Shown here: positions 32,306 through 40,997 of the stretch, piece by piece
How the letters are laid out: the number at the start of each line of letters is the position of its first letter
How positions within the stretch are numbered: position 1 is the first letter of the stretch
Sequence record: DRR723986_6692
DNA length: 63,194 nucleotides
Reading direction: 5' to 3' (one strand)
The notes under the pieces: generated by a model
What the model saw: only the letters and a program-made list of their open reading frames with translations
Told to the model about the DNA's origin: nothing
Databases searched by the model: none
Program-made: the position numbers and the translations under genes

Positions 32306-32405
32306 AAGGCCCGCCGTTTTATGGGCGGGCCTTGGACCGGAATTGGGTATGTTCCGGCTACAAGCAAGGCAGTGGGGTCGGGTGCTGAGAGATGCCATGC
32401 TTGCT
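32306..32405 (-). ncRNA. Candidate three-hairpin 3'-UTR small RNA / structured terminator region
   Basis: Three adjacent inverted repeats (32363-32405, 32337-32357, 32306-32333) beginning about 20 nt after the stop of the 74-aa gene. Confidence 0.4.
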
Positions 32406-32426
32406 ATCAGAAGTCAGGTGATTTTA

Positions 32427-32651
32427 TTAATGCAAGACTGCGCTAGCGGGGCGAAAATCATCCATTGTTTTGTTGGTTAGCTGCGTGTGTATTTCCAGCC
32501 AGATGCTAAAGCCTTCCTCGTCTCCAATGGCTTTCATTTTTGACAAGGCATCATCAGCATATCCAAGCGCTTTTGTGCCAAAGTTATTGAGCAAATTGTC
32601 AGCCACCAATCCGAAGTAGAAATCAGGGTCAAAAGGTAATTGCTGGGGCAT
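32427..32651 (-). CDS. Small hypothetical protein (74 aa)
   Basis: GGAGAG RBS 5 nt before ATG; helical pattern ADNLLNNFGTKAL...GDEEGFSIWLEI; own sigma-54 promoter. Confidence 0.75.
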   Translation of the reverse strand: MPQQLPFDPDFYFGLVADNLLNNFGTKALGYADDALSKMKAIGDEEGFSIWLEIHTQLTNKTMDDFRPASAVLH

Positions 32652-32689
32652 GATGGCTCTCCGGTTAAGTATAGGTCTATGCATTAATA

Positions 32690-32706
32690 TGCAGCCTACG
32701 TGCCAA
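32690..32706 (-). promoter_or_regulatory. Sigma-54 (-24/-12) promoter
   Basis: Minus strand TTGGCACGTAGGCTGCA: GG-N10-GC with TGGCACG core, about 38 nt upstream of the 74-aa gene start. Confidence 0.75.
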
Positions 32707-32939
32707 CCGGTGTTTTGATGCGAGATAAGGGGTTCAGGGTCTTTTGGTTACATTTCATGGACATCAAAGGTGTAAGAATGGTGCGTATTTTGCCGGGTTG
32801 GGAAAAGCTTGCCGTATAAATTAGTCATGATTGAAAACAAACAGCAAAATTAGCTCAAAATTGACTTGACTGGTGCAGTCTACGCCGCGAAATTGCAGGC
32901 AATTAATTACTGTTTTTAGTTTCATAGAAAGCCTTTCAA

Positions 32940-33947
32940 ATGACAGCATCGGCCAGCCCCCTTGCCGCCTCTTCCCCCCAAAGTGAAAACCATCCTGATG
33001 TGACCACTCGCCATGATTGGACACAACAGGAAATTTTAAAACTTTTTGATCTGCCGTTGATGGACCTGTTGTATCAAGCACAGGGTGTGCACAGGCTGTA
33101 CCACGACCCAAACAAGGTTCAGTTGTCGCAGCTTATATCGATAAAAACCGGCGGGTGTGCTGAAGACTGTGCTTATTGCTCGCAAGCGTCAACGCACAAA
33201 GAAGGAACCGGCCTGACAGCCACCAAGCTTCTTGAAGTTGAACGGGTAGTGGCCAGTGCGAAAAAGGCCAAAGAAGGCGGTGCGTCGCGTTACTGCATGG
33301 GGGCCGCCTGGACCAGCCCAAAAGACCGGGACATGGACAGCCTTGTTGCTATGGTTAAAGAGGTAAAACAACTGGGCATGGAAACATGCATGACCCTTGG
33401 CATGCTCTCTGATCATCAAACCGCTGAGCTTAAAGACGCGGGTCTTGATTATTACAATCATAATGTTGACACGTCGGAAGATTTCTACGGCAAGATTATT
33501 ACCACGCGCAGTTACCAAGATCGGATTGATACGCTGGAACGTGTGCGGGCGGCAGGCATCAATGTATGTTCGGGCGGTATTGTAGGCATGGGTGAGGCGC
33601 GAGCTGACCGCGCAGGCATGCTTAAAACCCTTGCCAACTTGACAGAGCACCCACAGAGCGTGCCTGTTAACATGCTGGTGGCTGTGCCCGGCACGCCGCT
33701 TGAGAATGTTGAAAAATTAGATCCGTTTGAATTTGTGCGCACTATTGCCGTTGCCCGTATTATGATGCCTATGTCAGAAGTTCGGCTTTCTGCGGGTCGT
33801 CAGGAAATGAGCGAAGAGCTGCAGGCCATGTGCTTCTTCGCTGGCGCTAGCTCTATTTTCTACGGCGAACAGTTACTGACCACACCTAACCCGAAAAATA
33901 ATAAAGATATGGCGCTGTTTGAGAAACTGGGCATTTCACCGCTTTAA
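32940..33947 (+). CDS. bioB: Biotin synthase
   Basis: [15 protein letters not shown] radical-SAM motif, [25 protein letters not shown]. Confidence 0.97.
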   Translation: MTASASPLAASSPQSENHPDVTTRHDWTQQEILKLFDLPLMDLLYQAQGVHRLYHDPNKVQLSQLISIKTGGCAEDCAYCSQASTHKEGTGLTATKLLEVERVVASAKKAKEGGASRYCMGAAWTSPKDRDMDSLVAMVKEVKQLGMETCMTLGMLSDHQTAELKDAGLDYYNHNVDTSEDFYGKIITTRSYQDRIDTLERVRAAGINVCSGGIVGMGEARADRAGMLKTLANLTEHPQSVPVNMLVAVPGTPLENVEKLDPFEFVRTIAVARIMMPMSEVRLSAGRQEMSEELQAMCFFAGASSIFYGEQLLTTPNPKNNKDMALFEKLGISPL

Positions 33948-33970
33948 TGTAGAGATTGAATATCTCTAAA

Positions 33971-34006
33971 GAAAAAGCCCACCTGATTTAATCAAGTGGG
34001 CTTTTC
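33971..34006. terminator. Bidirectional terminator between convergent bioB and the DUF547 gene
   Basis: GAAAAAGCCCAC...GTGGGCTTTTC with A/T tracts on both sides. Confidence 0.8.
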
Positions 34007-34027
34007 AGTATCTCTGCGAAATGATTT

Positions 34028-35098
34028 TTAGTCACCGTTTGGGATATATTCCTCAACTTCAACACTGCCTTCGCGTCGAGCTTTGGCAATTTTTTCGTCG
34101 CGGTACCGCAGCAATTCAATCACATGGTCAGGCAGTCCTGAAACAATCTGTAGTCCGAGGGCATCCGATTTGTTGCCGGGGCCAGACCCACCGGTTTGGC
34201 CAAGGCGGCCATTATATAGATCTGCAATATTCCAGTCTTCAATGCGTGCTGAAACCTTCTCAACACCATTAAGGCGGCTCAGGAATCCATCTTTTGAATA
34301 TTTCCGGACATGGGCGAGAATGTCTTTCTCGAAGTTAGGAAACTTTTCCGCCATGCGCTGATAATATGTGGCAACACGAAGTTCCTTGCCTCTCCAAACC
34401 TGGGTGCCGCGCACGCTGTTAACAAAATCGACAGCATTTTTTTCCAGCTGGTCATAAACCGTGCTTGCTGTGTAAACGCGAGACTGGATATTCGGCGTGC
34501 CTATTGCACCCATGTAAAAGCCATATATAACGCGTGGGTCTTCCCAGTTTTCAATCACATGGTCCTGAATGTCTTTGAGCGAGATCATTGTGCCGCTCAT
34601 ATTAAATTTTTGCTGACGGTAAAAAGCGTCAGGGTCGTCTTCGTCAAAAAGAGGCGCTAACCGCGTAATCGGATACTGTTCAGCAATTTCTGCTAAAACA
34701 ATGGCATTATGTAAATTGTACCAGTAGGCAAGTTGTTCGTTGCGGGTCAGTTGCCCAATTGAAACTTGTCCAGGAATTGCAAGCAGATCATCGCGCATAT
34801 TGGCGAGGAAAGTAATTTGGGTATCTTCAAGCTTATCGAACATGACACGGTTGCCTTCTAGGCGAGAAGGCGATGAGCTGCCAATGTTCATGCGCGATGC
34901 CGTGCTTTTGCGGGGTTTTTTGGCACGCTTGTGCGTGGACGGGCCCATGTTTAATACGGTGCTGCTCAGCACGGCATTTAGGTCGCTATAGTCCAAACGA
35001 TATTTTGAGTTTGCATCAAATTCTGTTGGTAAGTCTGTTGCCATCGCTGAAGGTGTCAAGCTTAGGCACAGCACAAGTAGGCTAATTTTTTTTAGCAA
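34028..35098 (-). CDS. Secreted DUF547-like protein
   Basis: Signal peptide; EQLAYWYNLHNA...YPI...SLKDI...DPRVIYG pattern; TTG start after AGGAG. Confidence 0.7.
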   Translation of the reverse strand: MLKKISLLVLCLSLTPSAMATDLPTEFDANSKYRLDYSDLNAVLSSTVLNMGPSTHKRAKKPRKSTASRMNIGSSSPSRLEGNRVMFDKLEDTQITFLANMRDDLLAIPGQVSIGQLTRNEQLAYWYNLHNAIVLAEIAEQYPITRLAPLFDEDDPDAFYRQQKFNMSGTMISLKDIQDHVIENWEDPRVIYGFYMGAIGTPNIQSRVYTASTVYDQLEKNAVDFVNSVRGTQVWRGKELRVATYYQRMAEKFPNFEKDILAHVRKYSKDGFLSRLNGVEKVSARIEDWNIADLYNGRLGQTGGSGPGNKSDALGLQIVSGLPDHVIELLRYRDEKIAKARREGSVEVEEYIPNGD

Positions 35099-35365
35099 TT
35101 TACGCTCCTGTTTCTCTCACTGTCGTTTACGTTTTTTATTGTTATGACGATAAAATCATTGATCGTTTATCGTCTCTTTAGTTAGTCGCTCGTTTTTTTG
35201 AACCCATTTATGTCAAAGATAAAATGTTTCTTTCGGCCCCAAAACAACCTGTGTGCGTTTAATTGCCTTTCACGAGCGACAAAATGCACCAAATCATCTT
35301 TCCCTAGGCGCTTTTCTAATATGGGGGATGGCCCCTTTTTTTTCAACTGTTATCGTGGACTAAAC

Positions 35366-35391
35366 AAAAAGCCCGGCAAAACCGGGCTTTT
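35366..35391 (-). terminator. Rho-independent terminator after the yccA-like gene
   Basis: Plus-strand AAAAAGCCCGG-caaaa-CCGGGCTTTT, giving a T tract on the minus strand. Confidence 0.8.
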
Positions 35392-35417
35392 CACAGTATT
35401 CAATTTGGTCGTTATCT

Positions 35418-36176
35418 CTATTCGCGGTTGCCAAGGAAATGCAACAGGAACATGAACAGGTTCACGAAATCCAAATACAGGTTCACTGCACCCATAATCG
35501 CGCCTTTGGCAACAGCTTCACCGGTTGCCATCATGGCATAGCTTTCCTTGATGCGCTGCGTATCATAGGCGGTAAGGCCCGCAAAAACCAGAACACCGCC
35601 AACAGAAATGATGAATTGTAACGTCGATGATTGCATGAAGAAATTTACGATCATCGCAATGATCAAACCAAACAGGCCCATGGTCAGGAATGTGCCGAAG
35701 CCAGACAAAGATCGCTTTGTAGTATAGCCATAGAGGCTAAGCGCTGCGAAAGACGCTGCCGTAATAAAGAAGGTTTGGGCAACGCTTTCACCGGTATAGC
35801 GGAATAGAACTGTCGTCAGCGAAATGCCGAAACATGTCGCAAACGCCCAGAAAATGCCTTGCAGTGCTCCTGCAGAAAGCTTGTTAATGCCGAAGTTCAT
35901 CACAAGAATGAAGGCGAAAGGCGACAGCATGGCAACCCAACCCAAGCCGGTCATGCCCTGAATGGCATATTGTCCGCCACCAACTTCAACAATATTGTAG
36001 AAAATGCTCAATAGGTCAGGGCTTCTGGAAAGCGCAAGTGCGACAATACCCGTCAGCAAAACACCGGAGGCCATGTAATTATAGACCTTTAGCATATAGG
36101 CGCGCAGGCCCTCATCATATTCAGCAGACTGTGCTGCACTTCCCGCTCTTGCGGCTGTATTAAATCGATCTACCAT
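35418..36176 (-). CDS. Bax inhibitor-1/YccA family membrane protein
   Basis: GLRAYMLKVYNYM, YGYTTKRSLS, GLTAYDTQRIK, LYLDFVNLF; ATG 5 nt after GAGGAG. Confidence 0.93.
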   Translation of the reverse strand: MVDRFNTAARAGSAAQSAEYDEGLRAYMLKVYNYMASGVLLTGIVALALSRSPDLLSIFYNIVEVGGGQYAIQGMTGLGWVAMLSPFAFILVMNFGINKLSAGALQGIFWAFATCFGISLTTVLFRYTGESVAQTFFITAASFAALSLYGYTTKRSLSGFGTFLTMGLFGLIIAMIVNFFMQSSTLQFIISVGGVLVFAGLTAYDTQRIKESYAMMATGEAVAKGAIMGAVNLYLDFVNLFMFLLHFLGNRE

Positions 36177-36219
36177 TTTCACTCCTCATCGAGGTTACTA
36201 AGTTACTATTGTTGCCCCT

Positions 36220-36249
36220 AATATGGGCATTTAAGGCGTAATTTGCAAC
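36220..36249 (-). promoter_or_regulatory. Putative RpoH (sigma32)-type promoter of the yccA-like gene
   Basis: Minus strand GTTGCAA-N15-CCCATATT. Confidence 0.45.
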
Positions 36250-36292
36250 CAGTCTCAATTCTGGTTGGATAAATTTTTACATGTTGCCGTTT

Positions 36293-38827
36293 TTATTCAG
36301 AGCGAAGTACCGCATTTGGTTTAATGGAAAGCGCCCGGAAGCTGGAGCCAAGACCAAACAACACCGTTACAAACAAGCTTGTCGCGACCGTTATGATCAT
36401 AGGCATGGGCAGAAAGGCAAAGTCCATTTCCATCACCATTTCCACGACAATCCAACCGGTCAGCGTGCCAAGCCCAAGGGCAATGGTGGCAGTCACAATA
36501 CCAATCAGCGCATACTCCAGTAGGTAGGCGCGCAGTATCTGGCTTCTCACCGCGCCCACCACTTTCAGGATAACGCTTTCATACACCCGTTGCTGGAAAC
36601 CGGCAGCGATGGCACCGGCCAGCACCAAGATACCAGCAATGATTGCCACCAAAGATGTTGCCCGCACAGCCGTGCCAATTTGTGCAACGATGGTATTAAC
36701 AGACGACAACACTTCCTTCATGCGCACGGCCGTAATGTTGGGGTATTTGGTTGTAATGGTTGAATGAGCCAGTTGCTCGGCCTCATCAGATGCTTTCAGC
36801 GTCGCCATGAAGGTGTGCGGCGCTTGCGCCAAGGTGTAGGGGTCAAACAAAATAACGAAGTTGAACCCGAAAGTGCCCCAATTAATTTCCCTGAGTGAGC
36901 GTACGCGGGCGGTTATGTCCCGGCCCAATACATTCACGGTTATGGTGTCACCAATTGTTAAGCCAAGGCCGTCTGCAACTTCCTTGCCCATGCTCACTTC
37001 CGGGTCACCCGCATAATCTTCTGGCCACCAGTCGCCTTCCACAACCGAGCTGCCTTTATTAAGTTCAGGCATATAAGACAAACCTCGGTCTCCGCGCAGA
37101 ACCCAGCGCACTTCCGGGTCAATCTCAACTTCGCTGGCGGGCACCTCGTTTAGGTGGGTTACGCGGCCCCGAAGGTTGGGAATGGTGACCACATCTTGCA
37201 CGCCGTCAATCGTGGTGGCAGTGGCTTCAAATTCGTCCACCTGGTAGGGCTGAATATCCAGCATGAAAAAGGCGGGGGCTTCTGAGGGCACTTGTTCGCC
37301 CAGCTGTTTGCCCATGTTGCCTTCAATCAAGGCAAGGCCCGCAAAAAGGGTTAAGCCAAGCCCTAGTGAAATAACAACTGCACCAGTGGCAGCGCCCGGC
37401 CTGTGCAGGTTGGCAACAGCCATGCGCACCAGCGCGTTTTTTGGCCGCGGCGCTGCGGCTGCTACTTTTTCAATCAACCAACTGGTAACACGCAGCAAAC
37501 CAAGTGCTGCGCCTGCGCCGATCATAAAGCCCGCTGCCAACACGCGGTTATCAGACATGCCAACCGCCAGCAGCACTACAATGGTTGCGGCACCGAATAT
37601 AATGGCGGTGTATATCAAGCGGGGCCAACGGCCTTCCGGCGCAACAATCGCCCGAAACAACCGCACAGCTGGCAGGTCGCGCGCTTTGCCCAGCGGCCAC
37701 ACCGCAAACGCAACCGTTATCATCAGGCCGTATATGGCCGCCAACAGCAATGCCATGGGGTATACACCGCCTTCAGGTTTTACCGGTAACGTATCAGGTA
37801 AAAACTGCGCCAATGTGCCGGGCAGGAAAGCGCCCGCAAACAAACCAACCGCAATAGCGATAGACCCAATGAGTAATATTTGAATGAAATAGGTAGCAAA
37901 CACAGTGTTGCCGTCAGCCCCCAAAATTTTGAGGGTAGCAATGGTACGGGTTTTTCGGTCCATGTAGCCGCGAACCGCGTTGCCAACACCAACACCGCCA
38001 ACGACCAGTGCCGATATACCTACAAGAGTTAGGAACATGCCCATTTGCTCAATGAAACGACGTAAGCCCGGTGCACTGGTGCCCCGGTCGCGCACGCGCC
38101 AGTTCTCATCCGGGAAGGTTTCTTTCATTTGTTCGCGCACCGCATCGACGTTCGCGCCTGCCGGCAAGCGAATTTTATAGTAGAAATTTACCAAACTGCC
38201 GGTTGTGACCAACCCGGTTTGCGCCAAAGCATCGCGGCTAATCATCACTGTGGGGCCAAGCTGAAAGCCTAAATTGGCTTTGTCAGGCTCGCGGTCAATC
38301 AAAGCGCGAATGTCGGCTTTTATTCGGCCAAATACCAGCGTGTCGCCCACGGCAACATTCATCTTGCTGGCTAAAAGCGGGTCAATAGCGACACCCCAAG
38401 TGTCATCATTTTGAGCAAATAATGCGTCGTTGTCCAAAGCAGGGGTTGTCTCGAACGACCCATAAAGCGGGTATTGGTTATCAACCGCGCGTAGCTCCAC
38501 CAATGTGGAGGAGGGAACACCATCAACCCTTGCCATTGTCCGTAGGCGGGCAGACGATGACATCTCGCCTTGTTCCTGAAACCACGCAATAGACTCAGGC
38601 GTGCTCTCGCGTTGATATATATTCACCTCAATATCGCCGCCCAGAATAGATTGGCCCTCTCGCTCCAGTCCTTCCTGAATGGCACGGGTGAGCGAACCAA
38701 TGGCTGCTATGGCGGTCACACCCAGTATCAAACAGGCCATAAAAACCTTGAATCCATTTAGTCCAGCGCGCAGTTCACGCAGGGCCAATTTCACCGCGAT
38801 GGGTGTTTTTGCATCGCGGGTGATCAT
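36293..38827 (-). CDS. ABC transporter permease (YbbP/FtsX-like)
   Basis: LALRELR, LILGVTAIAAIG, IATLKILGA, NLHRP; two FtsX-like halves. Confidence 0.92.
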   Translation of the reverse strand: MITRDAKTPIAVKLALRELRAGLNGFKVFMACLILGVTAIAAIGSLTRAIQEGLEREGQSILGGDIEVNIYQRESTPESIAWFQEQGEMSSSARLRTMARVDGVPSSTLVELRAVDNQYPLYGSFETTPALDNDALFAQNDDTWGVAIDPLLASKMNVAVGDTLVFGRIKADIRALIDREPDKANLGFQLGPTVMISRDALAQTGLVTTGSLVNFYYKIRLPAGANVDAVREQMKETFPDENWRVRDRGTSAPGLRRFIEQMGMFLTLVGISALVVGGVGVGNAVRGYMDRKTRTIATLKILGADGNTVFATYFIQILLIGSIAIAVGLFAGAFLPGTLAQFLPDTLPVKPEGGVYPMALLLAAIYGLMITVAFAVWPLGKARDLPAVRLFRAIVAPEGRWPRLIYTAIIFGAATIVVLLAVGMSDNRVLAAGFMIGAGAALGLLRVTSWLIEKVAAAAPRPKNALVRMAVANLHRPGAATGAVVISLGLGLTLFAGLALIEGNMGKQLGEQVPSEAPAFFMLDIQPYQVDEFEATATTIDGVQDVVTIPNLRGRVTHLNEVPASEVEIDPEVRWVLRGDRGLSYMPELNKGSSVVEGDWWPEDYAGDPEVSMGKEVADGLGLTIGDTITVNVLGRDITARVRSLREINWGTFGFNFVILFDPYTLAQAPHTFMATLKASDEAEQLAHSTITTKYPNITAVRMKEVLSSVNTIVAQIGTAVRATSLVAIIAGILVLAGAIAAGFQQRVYESVILKVVGAVRSQILRAYLLEYALIGIVTATIALGLGTLTGWIVVEMVMEMDFAFLPMPMIITVATSLFVTVLFGLGSSFRALSIKPNAVLRSE

Positions 38828-39564
38828 GATTGTGTTGCCTTGGGCATAACGCCGCCTTCGCCGCTGACCGACTGGGTGTCGCCGGTGTCATCGACAATGC
38901 GGCCATCAGACATGGAGATAACCCGATCACACCGGTCCGCAAGTGCCGGGTCGTGTGTCACCAGAATAAGCGTGGAACCCCGGCTTTTCGACAAATCAAA
39001 AATAAGGTCGATAATGGCGCGGCCGGTTTTACCGTCCAGATTACCGGTGGGTTCGTCACCAAACAAAATAGCTGGCTGGGGCGCTAAGGCCCGCGCCAAG
39101 GCAACGCGCTGTTGTTCGCCGCCAGAAAGCTGCGTGGGGTAATGGTCCATGCGGTGCGCCAGGCCAACAGCTTCCAATTCCCGCGTGGCTTGGTCAAAGG
39201 CATCATTAATGCCTGCCAGTTCAAGCGGCACAGCTGTGTTTTCCAGGGCGGTCATGGTTGGAATGAGGTGAAAGGCCTGCATAACAATGCCAACGCGGCT
39301 GAGCCTGTGCCGGGCAAGGTCATCTTCATTAGCACCGTCAAAAGGGAGGCCGTCTACGATCACGCTGCCAGATGTGGCTTGCTCCAGCCCGGTCATAAGA
39401 CTCATCAAGGAGGATTTGCCCGATCCTGACGGCCCAACGATGCCGACAGTTTCCCCTTTTTCGATGCCAAAATTGATTTCTTTCAGGATGTTAACCGGCC
39501 CTGCACCGGACTCTAATGTGAGTGACACATTTGTGAGTTGAATGATTGGTTGTGGCTTTGCCAT
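38824..39564 (-). CDS. ABC transporter ATP-binding protein (YbbA-like)
   Basis: GPSGSGKS, LSGGEQQRVA, DEPTGNLD, VTHD. Confidence 0.95.
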   Translation of the reverse strand: MAKPQPIIQLTNVSLTLESGAGPVNILKEINFGIEKGETVGIVGPSGSGKSSLMSLMTGLEQATSGSVIVDGLPFDGANEDDLARHRLSRVGIVMQAFHLIPTMTALENTAVPLELAGINDAFDQATRELEAVGLAHRMDHYPTQLSGGEQQRVALARALAPQPAILFGDEPTGNLDGKTGRAIIDLIFDLSKSRGSTLILVTHDPALADRCDRVISMSDGRIVDDTGDTQSVSGEGGVMPKATQS

Positions 39565-39636
39565 TGTATTTTTATTCCTCGCGGCCAAATATAAGTTTAT
39601 TGTTGTTATTTACGTCTATAGCTAGGTACTCGGATC

Positions 39637-40326
39637 ATGAAGGTCAATCGCCTCCCTAATATATTACTATTGCAGCTTTTTATAGCGTTTGGATTTGTTT
39701 TTGCGGCAAGTAGCCTGTTTTATGCGGCAAATGCGCAGGATTCTAAAGCTGAAGAGCAAGAATCCATCGCAATTTTGGCTTTCGGTGATAGCTTGACAGC
39801 AGGCTACGGCCTGCCCGCCGGTGATGGTTTTACTGATCAATTGCAAGTTTGGCTTGAGGCAGAATTGGGTCAGCCAGTGCAGGTTATTAATGGGGGTGTG
39901 TCGGGTGATACATCCTCTGGTGGGCGGTCACGCCTTGATTGGGCGCTTGCGCCGATTAAATCCGGTAAGCCTGACCTGGTTATTCTGGAGCTTGGCGCCA
40001 ACGATGCTCTTCGCGGTGTTGCCCCGGAAATTACCCGGGAAAATATGGACGCCATGTTGAAAACACTGACAGACCGAAATATTCCCACACTTGTGGCGGG
40101 TATGCTGGCGTCGCCCAGTTGGGGGCCGGAGTATGAAGCAACCTTCAACACCCTTTACCCTGAGCTTTCCGAGCAATACGGCGTGCCGCTTTATCCATTT
40201 TTCCTCGACGGCGTTGCTACGATCACAGAATTAAATCAGACGGACGGCCTGCACCCAACCAAAGAGGGTGTTGCTGTTATTATTGAAAAAATTGGCCCTT
40301 ATGTGAAACAAGCTCTTTCCCGCTGA
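39637..40326 (+). CDS. Arylesterase / acyl-CoA thioesterase I (TesA-like SGNH hydrolase)
   Basis: GDSLTAGYG, NGGVSGDT, ELGANDALRG, DGLHP; divergent from ybbAP-like genes as in the conserved arrangement. Confidence 0.93.
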   Translation: MKVNRLPNILLLQLFIAFGFVFAASSLFYAANAQDSKAEEQESIAILAFGDSLTAGYGLPAGDGFTDQLQVWLEAELGQPVQVINGGVSGDTSSGGRSRLDWALAPIKSGKPDLVILELGANDALRGVAPEITRENMDAMLKTLTDRNIPTLVAGMLASPSWGPEYEATFNTLYPELSEQYGVPLYPFFLDGVATITELNQTDGLHPTKEGVAVIIEKIGPYVKQALSR

Positions 40327-40374
40327 TTCTTTTCTCGCTAGAATCATTTGTATCGTCACTTTCAGGAGGTGCAG

Positions 40375-40983
40375 ATGGCTCGTCTTTTTATCGGTTTGGA
40401 CATCCATGAACCCCTTGTCACGGACCTCGCAGAGGCTCGGGGCGGCGTAGAAAGCGCCCACTGGCAGCGCGACAACCAGTTGCACCTTACGCTCGCATTC
40501 GTGGGTGATGCTTCCCGAAAAGTAACCCGAGACATTGAATATGCCCTAGCTGGCATACGGTTCGAGCCTTTTGAGTTTTCGCTCGCGGGCGTTGGTATGT
40601 TTGGTAAGCCCAAAAATCCGAAAACGCTCTGGGCGGGCGTTGCACATAAAGCACCTCTTCAACATTTACACGGTAAAATAGCTGCTGCACTTGCGCGCAT
40701 TGATGTGGACGTGGACCGGAGAAAATATAAACCGCATGTTACATTAGCTCGTTTTCGGCGCGGAGCGCAGGCGCGTGTCGGTGACTGGCTAACTAGTAAT
40801 GAACGCTTGTCTACTCAGGCAACACTCGTAGACAGCTTTGTGCTATTTTCCAGTGAGCGAACATCTGAGGGCTCGTTTTACAGGCCAGAGTCTGAATTTC
40901 ATGCCCTTGGCCTCGATATAGGTTCTGGACATAGGGCTGACGCAACCGATTACAGCGAATGGGCACTTGTTGGTGCCGAATAA
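40375..40983 (+). CDS. thpR: RNA 2',3'-cyclic phosphodiesterase (2H phosphoesterase)
   Basis: RLFIGL, two HxT motifs HLTLAF and PHVTLAR; AGGAGG RBS. Confidence 0.9.
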   Translation: MARLFIGLDIHEPLVTDLAEARGGVESAHWQRDNQLHLTLAFVGDASRKVTRDIEYALAGIRFEPFEFSLAGVGMFGKPKNPKTLWAGVAHKAPLQHLHGKIAAALARIDVDVDRRKYKPHVTLARFRRGAQARVGDWLTSNERLSTQATLVDSFVLFSSERTSEGSFYRPESEFHALGLDIGSGHRADATDYSEWALVGAE

Positions 40984-40997
40984 TAGACTTTTTCTGA

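Noticed and set aside
32259..32480. 73-aa plus-strand ORF across the hairpin region
   Set aside because: No RBS or protein-like features; it overlaps the 74-aa gene end, and the region is better explained by RNA structure.
35272..35292. Second sigma-54 promoter upstream of the DUF547 gene
   Set aside because: GG-to-GC spacing is 11 rather than the required 10.
36293..40326. ABC transporter divergent from an arylesterase as a new system
   Set aside because: This is the widely conserved ybbAP/tesA arrangement.
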